A stretch of DNA of 64,000 nt, from NCBI GenBank assembly GCA_028695415.1, contig JAQVIY010000001.1, forward strand, positions 113,067 through 177,066. The letters run 5' to 3'. Origin of the DNA: Minisyncoccota bacterium. Its GTDB lineage: Bacteria; Patescibacteriota; Minisyncoccia; Phycocordibacterales; Phycocordibacteraceae. Positions within the stretch are counted from its first letter, which is position 1. Each line of letters begins with the position of its first letter. A model generated the notes under the pieces. The model was not told the DNA's origin. It saw only the letters and a list, made by a program, of their open reading frames with translations, and made no database searches. This document shows positions 1-9,611 of this stretch, one piece after another. Both the position numbers and the translations under genes were made by a program.

Positions 1-42
1 CACCTTTTTCGCGCGGAGGGGTGGAACGTTGAGACACGCAAA

Positions 43-582
43 ATGATACGCGGAAAATGCGTTACTCACGAAGTTGATTTTTATGCGTCGCGTGAGAAGG
101 ACAATTCTTTCCTTGCCGCTGAACTCAAGTATCACAACGATCCCGGGTACAAGACCGACCTGAAGATCGCGCTCTACGTGAAGAGCCGTTTCGACGATAT
201 CTTCGCCTGCGACCCCGCGGTGCGCGCCTGTTCCGTCGATCGCGGATTGCTCGTTACGAATACTAAATTCACGTCTGAAGCCATTGCCTATGCCGAGTGT
301 GCCGGCGTCGAGCTTCTCGGCTGGAGCTATCCGGAAAAGGAAAACCTCTTCGCACGTATGAATCGCGCGCGCGTATATCCGATAACTACCGTGACGAGCC
401 TCTCGCATGCCGAGAAAAATATCCTTATCGGGAATGATGTTATCGCGGTTGATCAGATAGTGGAAAATCGCCGCTTGCTCGACCCGCTCCACCTCTCGGG
501 CGAACGGGTCGGGGAACTCCTTGCCGAGATGGACGGGCTCCTTTCGCACCCATTGTCGGCACATGATATTGTTCCCGTATGA
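43..582 (+). CDS. Mrr-like restriction-endonuclease catalytic-domain protein (PD-(D/E)XK). The frame is open back to position 1, so it may be 5' partial
   Basis: D..ELK motif (VDFYAS...AAELKYH) and an LVTNTKFTSEAIAYA...VELLGW segment resembling the Mrr catalytic domain. Its stop overlaps the next start (ATGA). Confidence 0.45.
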   Translation: MIRGKCVTHEVDFYASREKDNSFLAAELKYHNDPGYKTDLKIALYVKSRFDDIFACDPAVRACSVDRGLLVTNTKFTSEAIAYAECAGVELLGWSYPEKENLFARMNRARVYPITTVTSLSHAEKNILIGNDVIAVDQIVENRRLLDPLHLSGERVGELLAEMDGLLSHPLSAHDIVPV

Positions 583-1055
583 CACAGCGCTTTTCGTTCA
601 TCTCCTTCGTTGCCGGCGTCATGCTCGGGGTTCTTCTTGCGGGGATGTGGTTCCTAAGCGATAGTATCGGATCATCACCTTTCTCATCCACGCCGCCTCT
701 TTCGAAAACAGGAGAGCAGAAGACGCCAGAAAGCGGGGCGGTTTCTGTCGCTAGTCAGCCTTCGGGAGAAAACGTCGCTATCGAATCGGTCACGGTCCCG
801 CCGCCGGGAGTGTGGGTTGCGGTGCGCGAAGCCAACGGTACTGACCTCGGGAACGTGCTCGGTGCGGAGCGTGTCGTCGGCCCGCATGGAAATGTAAGCG
901 TTTCGCTTTTGCGCCCGACAGAGCCGAATCGTTCCTATGCGGTCGAACTGTATCGCGATGACAACAACGGGACGTTTGACCCTGCGGTCAATAGCGTGTA
1001 TGTCGACTTCGATACCGGTGCGCGTGTCGTCGCGTTCTTCTCGACAACTGAATGA
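579..1055 (+). CDS. hypothetical N-terminally membrane-anchored protein
   Basis: N-terminal hydrophobic helix (FISFVAGVMLGVLLAGMWFL). Translationally coupled on both sides (ATGA overlaps). Confidence 0.5.
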   Translation: MTQRFSFISFVAGVMLGVLLAGMWFLSDSIGSSPFSSTPPLSKTGEQKTPESGAVSVASQPSGENVAIESVTVPPPGVWVAVREANGTDLGNVLGAERVVGPHGNVSVSLLRPTEPNRSYAVELYRDDNNGTFDPAVNSVYVDFDTGARVVAFFSTTE

Positions 1056-1840
1056 TGATGGCACCGCGCAACCTAAAGACATTCGACCCCTCCTCGCCGG
1101 AGCCGTTCAAGATAAGCCGCTCGAAGCTGGATCTCTTCACCGAGTGTCCGCGTTGCTCGTACCTCGACTTGCGGCTCGGAGTGAAGCGGCCGTCGATGCC
1201 CGCGTTCACGCTCAACAATGCGGTCGACGAGCTCCTGAAACGCGAGTTCGATATCCATCGTGCGAAGGGGAGCAAACATCCGCTTGTCGAGAAATATGGG
1301 CTCGATGCGGTGCCGTTCGATGATCCGCGTATGGAGGAGTGGCGCGACGCGCTTCGTCGCGGCATCAGCTACCTCCACGCTCCGACCAATATCCTCCTGC
1401 GCGGCGGCATCGACGATGTGTGGATCAATCCAGCAGGCGAGCTTATCATCGTGGACTATAAGGCAACGAGCAAGAAGGTCGGTCCTTCTACCGAAGATGA
1501 CCTGTATGACTCGTACAAGCGCCAGCTCGAGATATATCAATGGCTGTTTCGTAAGAACGATTTTGCCGTATCGCCGACCGTCTACTTCGTTTATGTAAAC
1601 GGCAAGTCTGACGCCGAGGCGTTCGACGGCAAGCTTGAGTTTGATGTAGAGCTTATCCCGTATACCGGCAGCGACTCGTGGATCGAGCCTGCGCTCTACG
1701 ACCTGAAGCAGATGCTTATGAGCGAGGAGATACCAGCAGTAGGAAAGGCGTTCGGCGGCGGCCCGTGCGAGTTCTGCACCTATCGCGAAAACGCTGGCAA
1801 GATACTTCTTAGTCTTCACACAAAGAACAAGAAGAAATGA
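1052..1840 (+). CDS. Cas4/RecB-like PD-(D/E)XK nuclease with Fe-S cysteine cluster (DUF83-like), stand-alone
   Basis: N-terminal CPRC, a D...IVDYK catalytic core and a C-terminal C..CEFC arrangement typical of Cas4-family nucleases. No cas genes nearby. Confidence 0.6.
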   Translation: MMMAPRNLKTFDPSSPEPFKISRSKLDLFTECPRCSYLDLRLGVKRPSMPAFTLNNAVDELLKREFDIHRAKGSKHPLVEKYGLDAVPFDDPRMEEWRDALRRGISYLHAPTNILLRGGIDDVWINPAGELIIVDYKATSKKVGPSTEDDLYDSYKRQLEIYQWLFRKNDFAVSPTVYFVYVNGKSDAEAFDGKLEFDVELIPYTGSDSWIEPALYDLKQMLMSEEIPAVGKAFGGGPCEFCTYRENAGKILLSLHTKNKKK

Positions 1841-1847
1841 TGAGAGT

Positions 1848-2591
1848 ATGCGGGTAAAAATAGAACCGTCGTGGGCGAAGCATCTCGCGGGCGAGTTTGA
1901 GAAAGAATATTTCAAAGAGCTCGCTGATTTTGTGAAGAAGGAATATCACGAGGGAAACGTGTATCCGGCGCCGAAGAACATTTTCCGTGCGTTTGATCTC
2001 TGTCCGTTTGAAAAAGTAAAAGTAGTCATCTTGGGTCAAGATCCGTATCACGGCACCGGACAAGCAAACGGTCTTAGTTTCGCCGTCGGCGAAGGTGTCG
2101 CGATCCCGCCGTCCCTACAGAACATCTTCAAAGAGATTGAGAGCGATTTGGGGGGCGACCGAGCGAGGAGCGAGGAAGTCCCGAGGCTAGCAAGCCGAGG
2201 GGGAGACCTGACTCGATGGGCAGAACAGGGGGTGCTCCTCTTGAACGCAACGCTCACTGTTCGGGCGCATCAGGCCGGCTCGCATCAGGAGAAAGGCTGG
2301 GAACAATTCACCGACGCGGTTATCAGGGCGCTCTCCGAAGAGCGTGAACATCTTGTCTTTATTCTCTGGGGCAACTACGCGAAGGCGAAAGGGGCGCAGA
2401 TCGACCGAGCGTCGAGCGAGGAAGTCCTGAGGCCAGCAGGCCGAACGGGCGACCGTTCGAAACATCTCGTCATCGAATCGCCCCACCCCTCACCATTTTC
2501 TGCCGCCTCGGGATTCTTCGGATCGCGACCTTTTAGCAAAGCGAACACCTATCTCACCGCTCACGGCGAAACTCCCATCGACTGGCGCTAA
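1848..2591 (+). CDS. ung: uracil-DNA glycosylase, family 1, carrying two in-frame repeat insertions
   Basis: [35 protein letters not shown] and HPSPFSA motifs. Confidence 0.9.
   Translation: MRVKIEPSWAKHLAGEFEKEYFKELADFVKKEYHEGNVYPAPKNIFRAFDLCPFEKVKVVILGQDPYHGTGQANGLSFAVGEGVAIPPSLQNIFKEIESDLGGDRARSEEVPRLASRGGDLTRWAEQGVLLLNATLTVRAHQAGSHQEKGWEQFTDAVIRALSEEREHLVFILWGNYAKAKGAQIDRASSEEVLRPAGRTGDRSKHLVIESPHPSPFSAASGFFGSRPFSKANTYLTAHGETPIDWR
2157..2208 (+). repeat. 52-nt repeat copy 1 inside ung, in frame (encodes [17 protein letters not shown])
   Basis: Nearly identical to 2403..2454. Both lie where canonical UNG has shorter loops. Confidence 0.8.
2403..2454 (+). repeat. 52-nt repeat copy 2 inside ung, in frame (encodes [17 protein letters not shown])
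   Basis: Direct repeat of 2157..2208 with a few substitutions, in the same reading frame. Confidence 0.8.
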
Positions 2592-2681
2592 TCTGACGTT
2601 TGACAGCGAGTAAACAGAGGCATACAGTCTCGACAGATTCACTTTGTTGTTTCCATCGTTGTACTCTTGAGGAGCCAAAGA

Positions 2682-3410
2682 ATGAACAAACTGCTTGATT
2701 CGCACATGTTGGCTGATGCAAACCTGTTCGTCCTGAGTATGAACCCGTATCCGGGCCGCGGGATTGTCCTCGGCATGAATGAGACGGGAGAAAACCTCAT
2801 CCTGGTGTACTGGATCATGGATCAGAATCGCTTTTTTACCTTCGATGCCGACGGTTCTGTTTCCACCAAAGTCGCCGACAGCTCGAAACTGGTGGACACG
2901 CCGCCCATCGTCTATAACGCGATGCGCGAGATCCACCACGACGGGGTCACCTTTGCCGTTGTCAGCAGTGGCGACCAAACGGACGCTATCGTAGAAGGCC
3001 TTGGCGAAGAGCGGAGCTTCACCGTGACGCATCGCTCGTGTCTCTACGAGCCGGATGCGCCGAACTTCACGCCGCGCATCTCTGCTTACTGCTTCTGGAC
3101 GAACAGTGGTGCGTCAGTCGCCGAGATGGCCGTCTTGAAGAAGTCGCTTGTAAGCGACGCCTGCAACCGACATTTCTACGACCTCACCCTCGAGCCGGGG
3201 TTCGGCTACTGCGTTACAACCTACAAGGGTGACGGCACGCCGCTTCCGTCTTTCGACGGCACGCCGTATCTGGTGCCGCTTCGCGGACATATCCAATCGA
3301 TCGCGAGCGCCTATTGGGACTCACTGAACAGCGAGAACAGAGTTTCGCTCGTGGTGAAGTTCATCCCGAAAAACGGTCCCTCACAGGTTTTCTACATCAA
3401 CAAGTTCTGA
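2682..3410 (+). CDS. purO: archaeal-type IMP cyclohydrolase (PurO family)
   Basis: PYPGRGIVLG N-terminus, PPIVYNAM...VSSGDQTDAIVEGL and NFTPRISAY segments align with recalled archaeal PurO sequences. GAGGAG RBS upstream of ATG 2682. Confidence 0.55.
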   Translation: MNKLLDSHMLADANLFVLSMNPYPGRGIVLGMNETGENLILVYWIMDQNRFFTFDADGSVSTKVADSSKLVDTPPIVYNAMREIHHDGVTFAVVSSGDQTDAIVEGLGEERSFTVTHRSCLYEPDAPNFTPRISAYCFWTNSGASVAEMAVLKKSLVSDACNRHFYDLTLEPGFGYCVTTYKGDGTPLPSFDGTPYLVPLRGHIQSIASAYWDSLNSENRVSLVVKFIPKNGPSQVFYINKF

Positions 3411-3446
3411 AAAGCCTGATTCCAAGGAGGTGGTTAGAACCTAACA

Positions 3447-3490
3447 GCGCCCGCACGGAGAAATCCGTACGGGCGCACCTTATTTCATAT
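3447..3490 (+). terminator. intrinsic terminator-like hairpin after purO
   Basis: gcgcccgcacgg-agaaat-ccgtacgggcgc stem-loop followed by a T-rich stretch. Confidence 0.5.
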
Positions 3491-3584
3491 ACGTGCTTGT
3501 CGAAGAGGAATATGGTACAACTATGCTTTAGAACGACCGTTTCAGGCCCTTTTCGTACAGCAACGTTTTATGGGGAGATAGACA

Positions 3585-3991
3585 TGTTCAGTTCAACAGT
3601 TATACCGCCTGCATCGTCCGAACAAACGCGCGGAAGCGATTATCGGGGTTCGCTTGCGTGGAATCAGTTCGTGACGCAGATCAATAATCTGAATGAAGCG
3701 GGAGAACCGTGCGTTATCGACGTAGCCGGGCTCGGAAAGGACAAGTTTCGCGGTTTTCTCACCGGAGCCCGCATACAAGGACTCTTTCTTATCCTGGAAT
3801 CCCCGGAGCAATTCAAAAAGACCGGGGGTGGCTGGCAGAGTACCGGATTCACCGAGTACAAGGTACACATCTCGAATCACGTGCCGCTTCCGGTAATGCT
3901 GCAAGATGGACGTATCGAAGTCGTGATTGAAGGGATCATCTTCGTGATCTATCCGTATGGCAGGGTCGAATGTCCGCGCTCAGTATGTTGA
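3585..3991 (+). CDS. hypothetical protein
   Basis: ORF with coding-like composition; no recognisable motif. Confidence 0.35.
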
Positions 3992-4064
3992 TGCGGCACC
4001 TTCATCGCCGCAAGAGGAGACTCTTGCGGCGGCTTATTTTTATACCTGCGGTATACTGAGCTGG

Positions 4065-4637
4065 ATGAATCACACTCCCCAGATAAAGAAAGCGATACAA
4101 TTCGCGGCGCGTAAGCACCACGGGCACCTGCGCATCTCGAGTTCGGCAGACGAACCGCTCCCGTATGTAACGCACCTCTTCTCGGTCGCGCTTCTCGTCG
4201 CTGAAGACGGCGCGAGCGATGATGTTGTCACTGCCGCGCTTCTCCACGATACGCTCGAAGATACCGACACGACGCGCGAAGAAATAGTCTCGGCGTTCAA
4301 CGAGCAAGTCGCGAGCCTCGTCGAAGAGGTGAGTGAGGATAAGAAGCTCGAATGGAAAGAGCGCAAAGAAGAATATCTTGTTGGTATGGAACGTTCGAGC
4401 GACGAAGCGCTCCTTATCGCGCTCGCCGATAAGGTAGATAACGTCGAGAGCCGTATAGAAGAATACGAGAAGGAGGGTGATGCGTTTCTCGCTCGCTGGA
4501 AGCGGTCGAACGAAGAGTATCTTTGGTTCTACGATGAAGCGCTTCGTATCGCACAATCTCGATTGCCGAACCACTCACTCACGAAGCGGTACGCCGAGGC
4601 GTGTGCGCGGCAATGTGCTATGCTCTCGGAATCATGA
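4065..4637 (+). CDS. HD-domain protein, RelA/SpoT-type (p)ppGpp hydrolase-like (small alarmone hydrolase)
   Basis: KHHGHLRISSSADEPLPYVTHLFSVA...AALLHDTLEDT matches the SpoT/Mesh1 HD motif. Start chosen at MNHTP. Confidence 0.7.
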   Translation: MNHTPQIKKAIQFAARKHHGHLRISSSADEPLPYVTHLFSVALLVAEDGASDDVVTAALLHDTLEDTDTTREEIVSAFNEQVASLVEEVSEDKKLEWKERKEEYLVGMERSSDEALLIALADKVDNVESRIEEYEKEGDAFLARWKRSNEEYLWFYDEALRIAQSRLPNHSLTKRYAEACARQCAMLSES

Positions 4638-6601
4638 AGCGCAAACGATACGACAAGGCAGATTTCAAATGGGTGACATGGGGTGCGGCTGACTTCAGGC
4701 GCATTGCGGCCGATGGCACACGCCGAAAAAAGGAAGCCTATGCGAAGATACGCGCCATTCCGGCCGAAAAACGCACGTTTGTAAATACGATTTATGCACT
4801 CGAGACATCCGACGAGCGTATGTCGGATGAGATGAACCGTGTCGCTCTTTTGAAAGAAGTCAGTCCTAACGCTGCCATACGCGCAGCAGCAGCAGAAACG
4901 ATTGAGGCCGTACAGAAGCAACTCGTCGAGATAGAGTTCGATCCGCGCATGTATGCGGTCATCAAAGAATATGCCGCGAAACGCGAAAAGCTCTCCGGAC
5001 CTGAAAAGCTTCTTTTCAAAGATCTGAAGAAAGGATACGAACGTATGGGGTTTGACCTGCCGACAGCGAAACAGAAAAAGCTCAAGACGAACATCGCAAC
5101 ATTAGGAAAGCTTGGACTCGCTTTCGACCGCAATCTAAATGAGCACAAAGACCATCTCTTAGTGACGGAAGCAGAGCTCAATGGTCTGCCGGAAAGCTAT
5201 CGTGCTAACCTCACGAAAGTACGGGATAAGTTCAAAATAACGATGGCATATCCAGACGTATACCCGTATATGGCTGGCGCACATGATGAAGAAAAACGGC
5301 GTGAACTGCTTGAAAAGTTCGTTCGCAGAGGCGGCACGAAAAACGTTGTCATTCTCAAGAAGATGTTTCGTCTTCGCGCTGAGAACGCGCGATTGCTCGG
5401 CTACAAGACTCACGCAGACTTCCAAACCGAGCTTCGTATGGCGAAATCGGCCGCTACTGTCTGGCGATTCATTGCCGACCTTGAGCGACGTACCAAGAAA
5501 CAAGTCTCGCGCGATCTCTCGATGCTCAGGGCTGATAAACGTCGTCGTACCGGTGATCCGAAGTCTGTCTTGAGCGCACATGATATCGCATATCTTTTTA
5601 AGCAGATACGCAAGGAGAAATTCGATATCGATTCAGATACCGTGAGAGAATATTTCCCGTTCGAGCACGTGAAGCGCGCGACACTCGACGCATATCAAAA
5701 ATTATTTGGTGTCGTGTTCAAACGCCGCGTCGATGTGAAGCTCTGGCACCCAGACGTGCAACTCTTTGATATATATGATGCGCGCGGTGATTATCTGGCG
5801 ACATTCATTCTCGACTTGTATCCGCGTGAAGGGAAATATGGTCATGCGTGTGCATCTGAACTGACCTATGGTCGACAAGAAGAAAACGGTTATCGACCCC
5901 CACTTGCCGCAATGCTCGCCAATTTCCCGAAACCGAGTGTCGCGAACCCATCGTTAATGAGTCATGGAGAAGTGGAGACATTTTTCCACGAATTCGGACA
6001 CATTATGCATTTCACTCTTACAAAAGCGCGATATAGCGCTCAGTCCGGCTTCAATGTTGCTATGGATTTTGTCGAGGCACCGTCGCAGATGCTTGAGAAT
6101 TGGGTGTGGGATGCTGAAATGCTCACGCGCCTCTCTAAGCACTACAAGACCGGTCAGCCAATGCCGAAAGATCTTATCAAACGCATCATCGATGCTCGCC
6201 TTTTTGGGGAGGCGTGGAGCGTACGCAGCCAGCTGGTGCTCGCATCACTCGATATGGTTATACATACAAAAGGAACGAAAGACCCTGTCGCATTATATGC
6301 CACACTCGATAAGAAATTGATGGGAATCGCACCGCCTAAACGGCAGCTATGGATTGCGGGTTTCGGTCATATTGCGCACGGATACGATGCCGGATATTAC
6401 GGGTATCTCTGGTCAAAAGTATATGCCGAGGATATGTTCAGCAGATTTAAGAAAGAAGGCATTTTGAATCCGAAGACCGGCAGTGACTATCGGCGTTGGG
6501 TACTTGAAAAAGGCTCGAGTATGGAAGAAACGGATCTTGTGAAAGGCTTTCTGGGTCGCAAACCGAATAACAAAGCCTTTCTCAAGTCCATTGGTGCATA
6601 A
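4634..6601 (+). CDS. M3-family zinc oligopeptidase (thimet/oligopeptidase A-like)
   Basis: HEFGH zinc motif (FFHEFGHIMHF) and overall M3 architecture. ATGA overlap with the previous gene. Confidence 0.85.
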   Translation: MKRKRYDKADFKWVTWGAADFRRIAADGTRRKKEAYAKIRAIPAEKRTFVNTIYALETSDERMSDEMNRVALLKEVSPNAAIRAAAAETIEAVQKQLVEIEFDPRMYAVIKEYAAKREKLSGPEKLLFKDLKKGYERMGFDLPTAKQKKLKTNIATLGKLGLAFDRNLNEHKDHLLVTEAELNGLPESYRANLTKVRDKFKITMAYPDVYPYMAGAHDEEKRRELLEKFVRRGGTKNVVILKKMFRLRAENARLLGYKTHADFQTELRMAKSAATVWRFIADLERRTKKQVSRDLSMLRADKRRRTGDPKSVLSAHDIAYLFKQIRKEKFDIDSDTVREYFPFEHVKRATLDAYQKLFGVVFKRRVDVKLWHPDVQLFDIYDARGDYLATFILDLYPREGKYGHACASELTYGRQEENGYRPPLAAMLANFPKPSVANPSLMSHGEVETFFHEFGHIMHFTLTKARYSAQSGFNVAMDFVEAPSQMLENWVWDAEMLTRLSKHYKTGQPMPKDLIKRIIDARLFGEAWSVRSQLVLASLDMVIHTKGTKDPVALYATLDKKLMGIAPPKRQLWIAGFGHIAHGYDAGYYGYLWSKVYAEDMFSRFKKEGILNPKTGSDYRRWVLEKGSSMEETDLVKGFLGRKPNNKAFLKSIGA

Positions 6602-6622
6602 ATCGTGCTATCTTCTTGAGAT

Positions 6623-8506
6623 ATGCCTATTAGCGAAGTACGCAAGCGGTATCTAGATTTCTTCGCGAAGCGCGGGCATGTCATCATCCCGAGCGCTCCT
6701 ATCGTGCCTGAAAATGATCCGACCACACTCTTCACTTCGAGCGGGATGCAACCCCTGGTCCCGTATCTTCTCGGTCAGCCGCACCCCGAGGGTGCGCGCC
6801 TCGTCGACTCACAGATGAGCTTTCGAGCAGAAGATATCGAAGAGATAGGTGACAATCGGCACACCACGTTCTTCGAAATGCTCGGCAATTGGAGCCTCGG
6901 TGATTATTTCAAACAGGAGCAATTGCCGTGGATATTTGAATTCCTCACAAATAAGGACGAGGGTCTCGGACTCGACGCTCATAATCTCTATGTGACGGTT
7001 TTTGGCGGCGATGAGGAATCCGGCATGGCGGCCGATCACGAATCCGTAGAGATTTGGAAAACGCTTTTTGGTGAGAAAGGGATAGAGGCGAAGTTTGTTG
7101 AGCTCGGTACCGAAGAACATGGCAACGAAGTTGGTATGCAAGACGGGCGCGTCTTTTCCTATGGTGCAAAGAAGAATTGGTGGAGCAGGGCAGGGGTGCC
7201 GACCAAGATGCCGACAGGAGAGATCGGCGGACCTGATTCTGAAATCTTCTATGACTTTGGCACGCCTCACGACCCCGCCTTTGGCCCCGAGTGCCACCCG
7301 AACTGCGACTGCGGTCGCTTCATCGAAATCGGCAACTCGGTGTTTATGCAATTCATCAAGCAAGAGGATGGCTCGTTCAAGGAGTTGCCAAAGCGCAATG
7401 TTGACTTTGGCGGCGGGCTCGAACGGCTCACAGCGGCGACACTTCAAAATCCGGACATTTTCTTGATAGATGTGTTTGATGCCGCCCGTACTGCTCTTGA
7501 GACTCGCTCCGGCAAGATGTATTCAAAAGACACACGATCGTTCAGGATTATTTTGGACCATATGCGCGCCGCGGCGTTTATGCTCGCGAGCGGTATCCGC
7601 CCCGCGAACTCCGAACAGGGCTATATCCTCCGCCGTCTTATTCGCCGTTCTATCCGCGAAGCAGACAAGCTCGGGATAAAAGAGGCGGTGCTTGCAGAAG
7701 TCGCGCACGGCTTTGGCGCGGCATATGCCGAGGCGTACCCCCTCATACTTTCTTCAGAAAGCGTCATCAAAGAAGAGCTCGAGAAAGAAGAGGCGCAATT
7801 TAGGAAGACACTTGAGCGGGGATTGAAGGAGTTTGAGAAAGCAATCAGTGTTGCCGGAAATAAAAAGAGAATTCTTTTAGGTAGCAGTATTTTCAATCTT
7901 GTGACGACATTTGGTTTCCCAATAGATTTAATTCGTGAGATAGCTATGGAGCGAGGTTTGGAACTCGAGGAGGATAGTTTCGAAGTCCATATGAGAGAGC
8001 ATCAAGCGCTCTCGCGTGCGGGCGCGGCGCAGAAGTTCGCGGGCGGACTCGCTGACACTGCCGAACAGACCGTGCGCTACCACACCGCGCATCACCTGCT
8101 CTTGAAAGCGCTCCAGATGGTACTCGGCCCTGACGTGCATCAGCGGGGGAGTAATATCACGAGCGAACGCCTGCGCATTGATTTCAGTTATGGCGCGAAG
8201 ATGACCGATGAACAAAAAGCAGAAGTAGAGAAGATAGTAAATGAGAAAATACACGAGGCGCTGCCGGTCGAACGGGTCACGATGCCGCGGGAAGAAGCTG
8301 AGCAGCTTGGCGCTGAGCACGAGTTCGGTGCGAAATATCCGGACATGGTCAGCGTCTATTTCATCGGATCGCGCGACAACGCGTTTTCGATAGAGTTTTG
8401 CGGCGGGCCGCACGTCGCGAACACTGCCGAGCTCGGACAGTTCAAGATTGTAAAAGAAGAAGCCTCATCCGCTGGCATCCGCCGTATCAAAGCAGTGCTA
8501 GAATAA
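6623..8506 (+). CDS. alaS: alanyl-tRNA synthetase, short form lacking the C-terminal C-Ala domain
   Basis: N-terminal FTSSGM motif. Editing-domain HTAHHLL and CGGPHV motifs. Confidence 0.9.
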   Translation: MPISEVRKRYLDFFAKRGHVIIPSAPIVPENDPTTLFTSSGMQPLVPYLLGQPHPEGARLVDSQMSFRAEDIEEIGDNRHTTFFEMLGNWSLGDYFKQEQLPWIFEFLTNKDEGLGLDAHNLYVTVFGGDEESGMAADHESVEIWKTLFGEKGIEAKFVELGTEEHGNEVGMQDGRVFSYGAKKNWWSRAGVPTKMPTGEIGGPDSEIFYDFGTPHDPAFGPECHPNCDCGRFIEIGNSVFMQFIKQEDGSFKELPKRNVDFGGGLERLTAATLQNPDIFLIDVFDAARTALETRSGKMYSKDTRSFRIILDHMRAAAFMLASGIRPANSEQGYILRRLIRRSIREADKLGIKEAVLAEVAHGFGAAYAEAYPLILSSESVIKEELEKEEAQFRKTLERGLKEFEKAISVAGNKKRILLGSSIFNLVTTFGFPIDLIREIAMERGLELEEDSFEVHMREHQALSRAGAAQKFAGGLADTAEQTVRYHTAHHLLLKALQMVLGPDVHQRGSNITSERLRIDFSYGAKMTDEQKAEVEKIVNEKIHEALPVERVTMPREEAEQLGAEHEFGAKYPDMVSVYFIGSRDNAFSIEFCGGPHVANTAELGQFKIVKEEASSAGIRRIKAVLE

Positions 8507-8511
8507 CCGGG

Positions 8512-9564
8512 ATGAGTTTTCTTGAAAATCTTTTTCATAAAGAAAAAAAGATTGAGTCGGTCGTGCTGATTGATATCAGTACAAGTTCGGTCGCGGGTGC
8601 GTATGCGACCTTTGCTTCAGGCGAACAGCCGACCTTGCACTACCTGCGCCGATTGCCAGTCGAGATGCACGAAGGAGAATCAGATGCACGGGCGATGCTT
8701 CGTGCGCTCAAAATACTCGGTGATACGCTCGTTCGCGAGGGCGCGCCTGCTCTCCTGCGCGTTACGGGTACCGGCCGTGCCGATTCGGTGCTTGTATCGG
8801 TGGACGCGCCGTGGGAGAAGACCTCGGTACGCACCGAGCACTTCGAGCAGGATGAGCCGTTCACCTTTACGAAAGAAATGGTGCGGGCGGCGCTTGAGAA
8901 GGCGAGCTTTGCGCCGCCAGAACAACTTCTTGCTGATGAAAGCGTCATCGGCACCACGCTGAATGGATATCAGACACGCGACCCCTACGATAAAGAGGCA
9001 AATCGTGCTGCTGTCATCATTTTGACCTCGCTTATCAATAAACGCGTGGCCGAGGGCGTCAAAGCGATAATGCGGGGCGTGCTTCACGCAGAAGATATTT
9101 TCCCTATCGCCGGCAGTTCTTTGCGCTATCAGGCAATTCGCACCGCGTTTCCTCATGAGACTGATGCGCTCATTATTGATGCGACCGGCAGAGAGCTGAC
9201 GTCGCTCTCGCTGGTGCGCAAAAGCCTTTTAGTCAATATCACCGAGATGAAAGAGCGTACAGAAAATAGCGTTGCATGGACGCGAAGTCTCACCGATACC
9301 CTGAAGACTATTGCCCAGCGATTCCCGCTCCCGCGTACCGTGTTCTTGCTCGCGCGCGAACCGGAACTATCCATCTTGCGGGAAGCACTTCTGACCGCGA
9401 AGCTCGGCTCTCTCTGGCTCTCAGATAATCCGCCGAAAATAACCTCGATTTTAGGGAGTCATGTAAGCACGTTCGTACGACAAGCGACGACCAATCCTGC
9501 AGACCTTTCGCTCCTTTTGATGGCGCTTTTCCGTCAAAATCGCACCCCTGATGAAGCCGTATAG
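8512..9564 (+). CDS. hypothetical protein, possibly actin-fold ATPase-like
   Basis: N-terminal VVLIDISTSSVAGAY and a later IIDATGRELT are faintly reminiscent of FtsA/PilM phosphate motifs. Weak evidence only. Confidence 0.35.
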   Translation: MSFLENLFHKEKKIESVVLIDISTSSVAGAYATFASGEQPTLHYLRRLPVEMHEGESDARAMLRALKILGDTLVREGAPALLRVTGTGRADSVLVSVDAPWEKTSVRTEHFEQDEPFTFTKEMVRAALEKASFAPPEQLLADESVIGTTLNGYQTRDPYDKEANRAAVIILTSLINKRVAEGVKAIMRGVLHAEDIFPIAGSSLRYQAIRTAFPHETDALIIDATGRELTSLSLVRKSLLVNITEMKERTENSVAWTRSLTDTLKTIAQRFPLPRTVFLLAREPELSILREALLTAKLGSLWLSDNPPKITSILGSHVSTFVRQATTNPADLSLLLMALFRQNRTPDEAV

Positions 9565-9611
9565 TGGACAACAATCGCTGGACTAGTTATGAGAAATGAT
9601 ATACTCGGAAC

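Noticed and set aside
1073-1915. Long antisense ORFs throughout the window that overlap confidently assigned genes. Examples: 1073..1915(-), 17099..17908(-), 18092..18796(-), 31585..32217(-), 34104..34856(-), 44139..44894(-), 47378..48538(+), 52167..53081(+), 55201..56742(+).
   Set aside because: They lie opposite well-supported genes and have no recognisable motifs. They are Arg/Ala/Gly-biased as expected from GC-rich antisense frames, and none has a convincing RBS.
2157-2454. An intein or intron interpretation of the ung insertions.
   Set aside because: The inserts are only 16-17 codons, in frame, and lack intein splicing blocks (no C/S at the junctions, no HN..C). They are simple peptide insertions.
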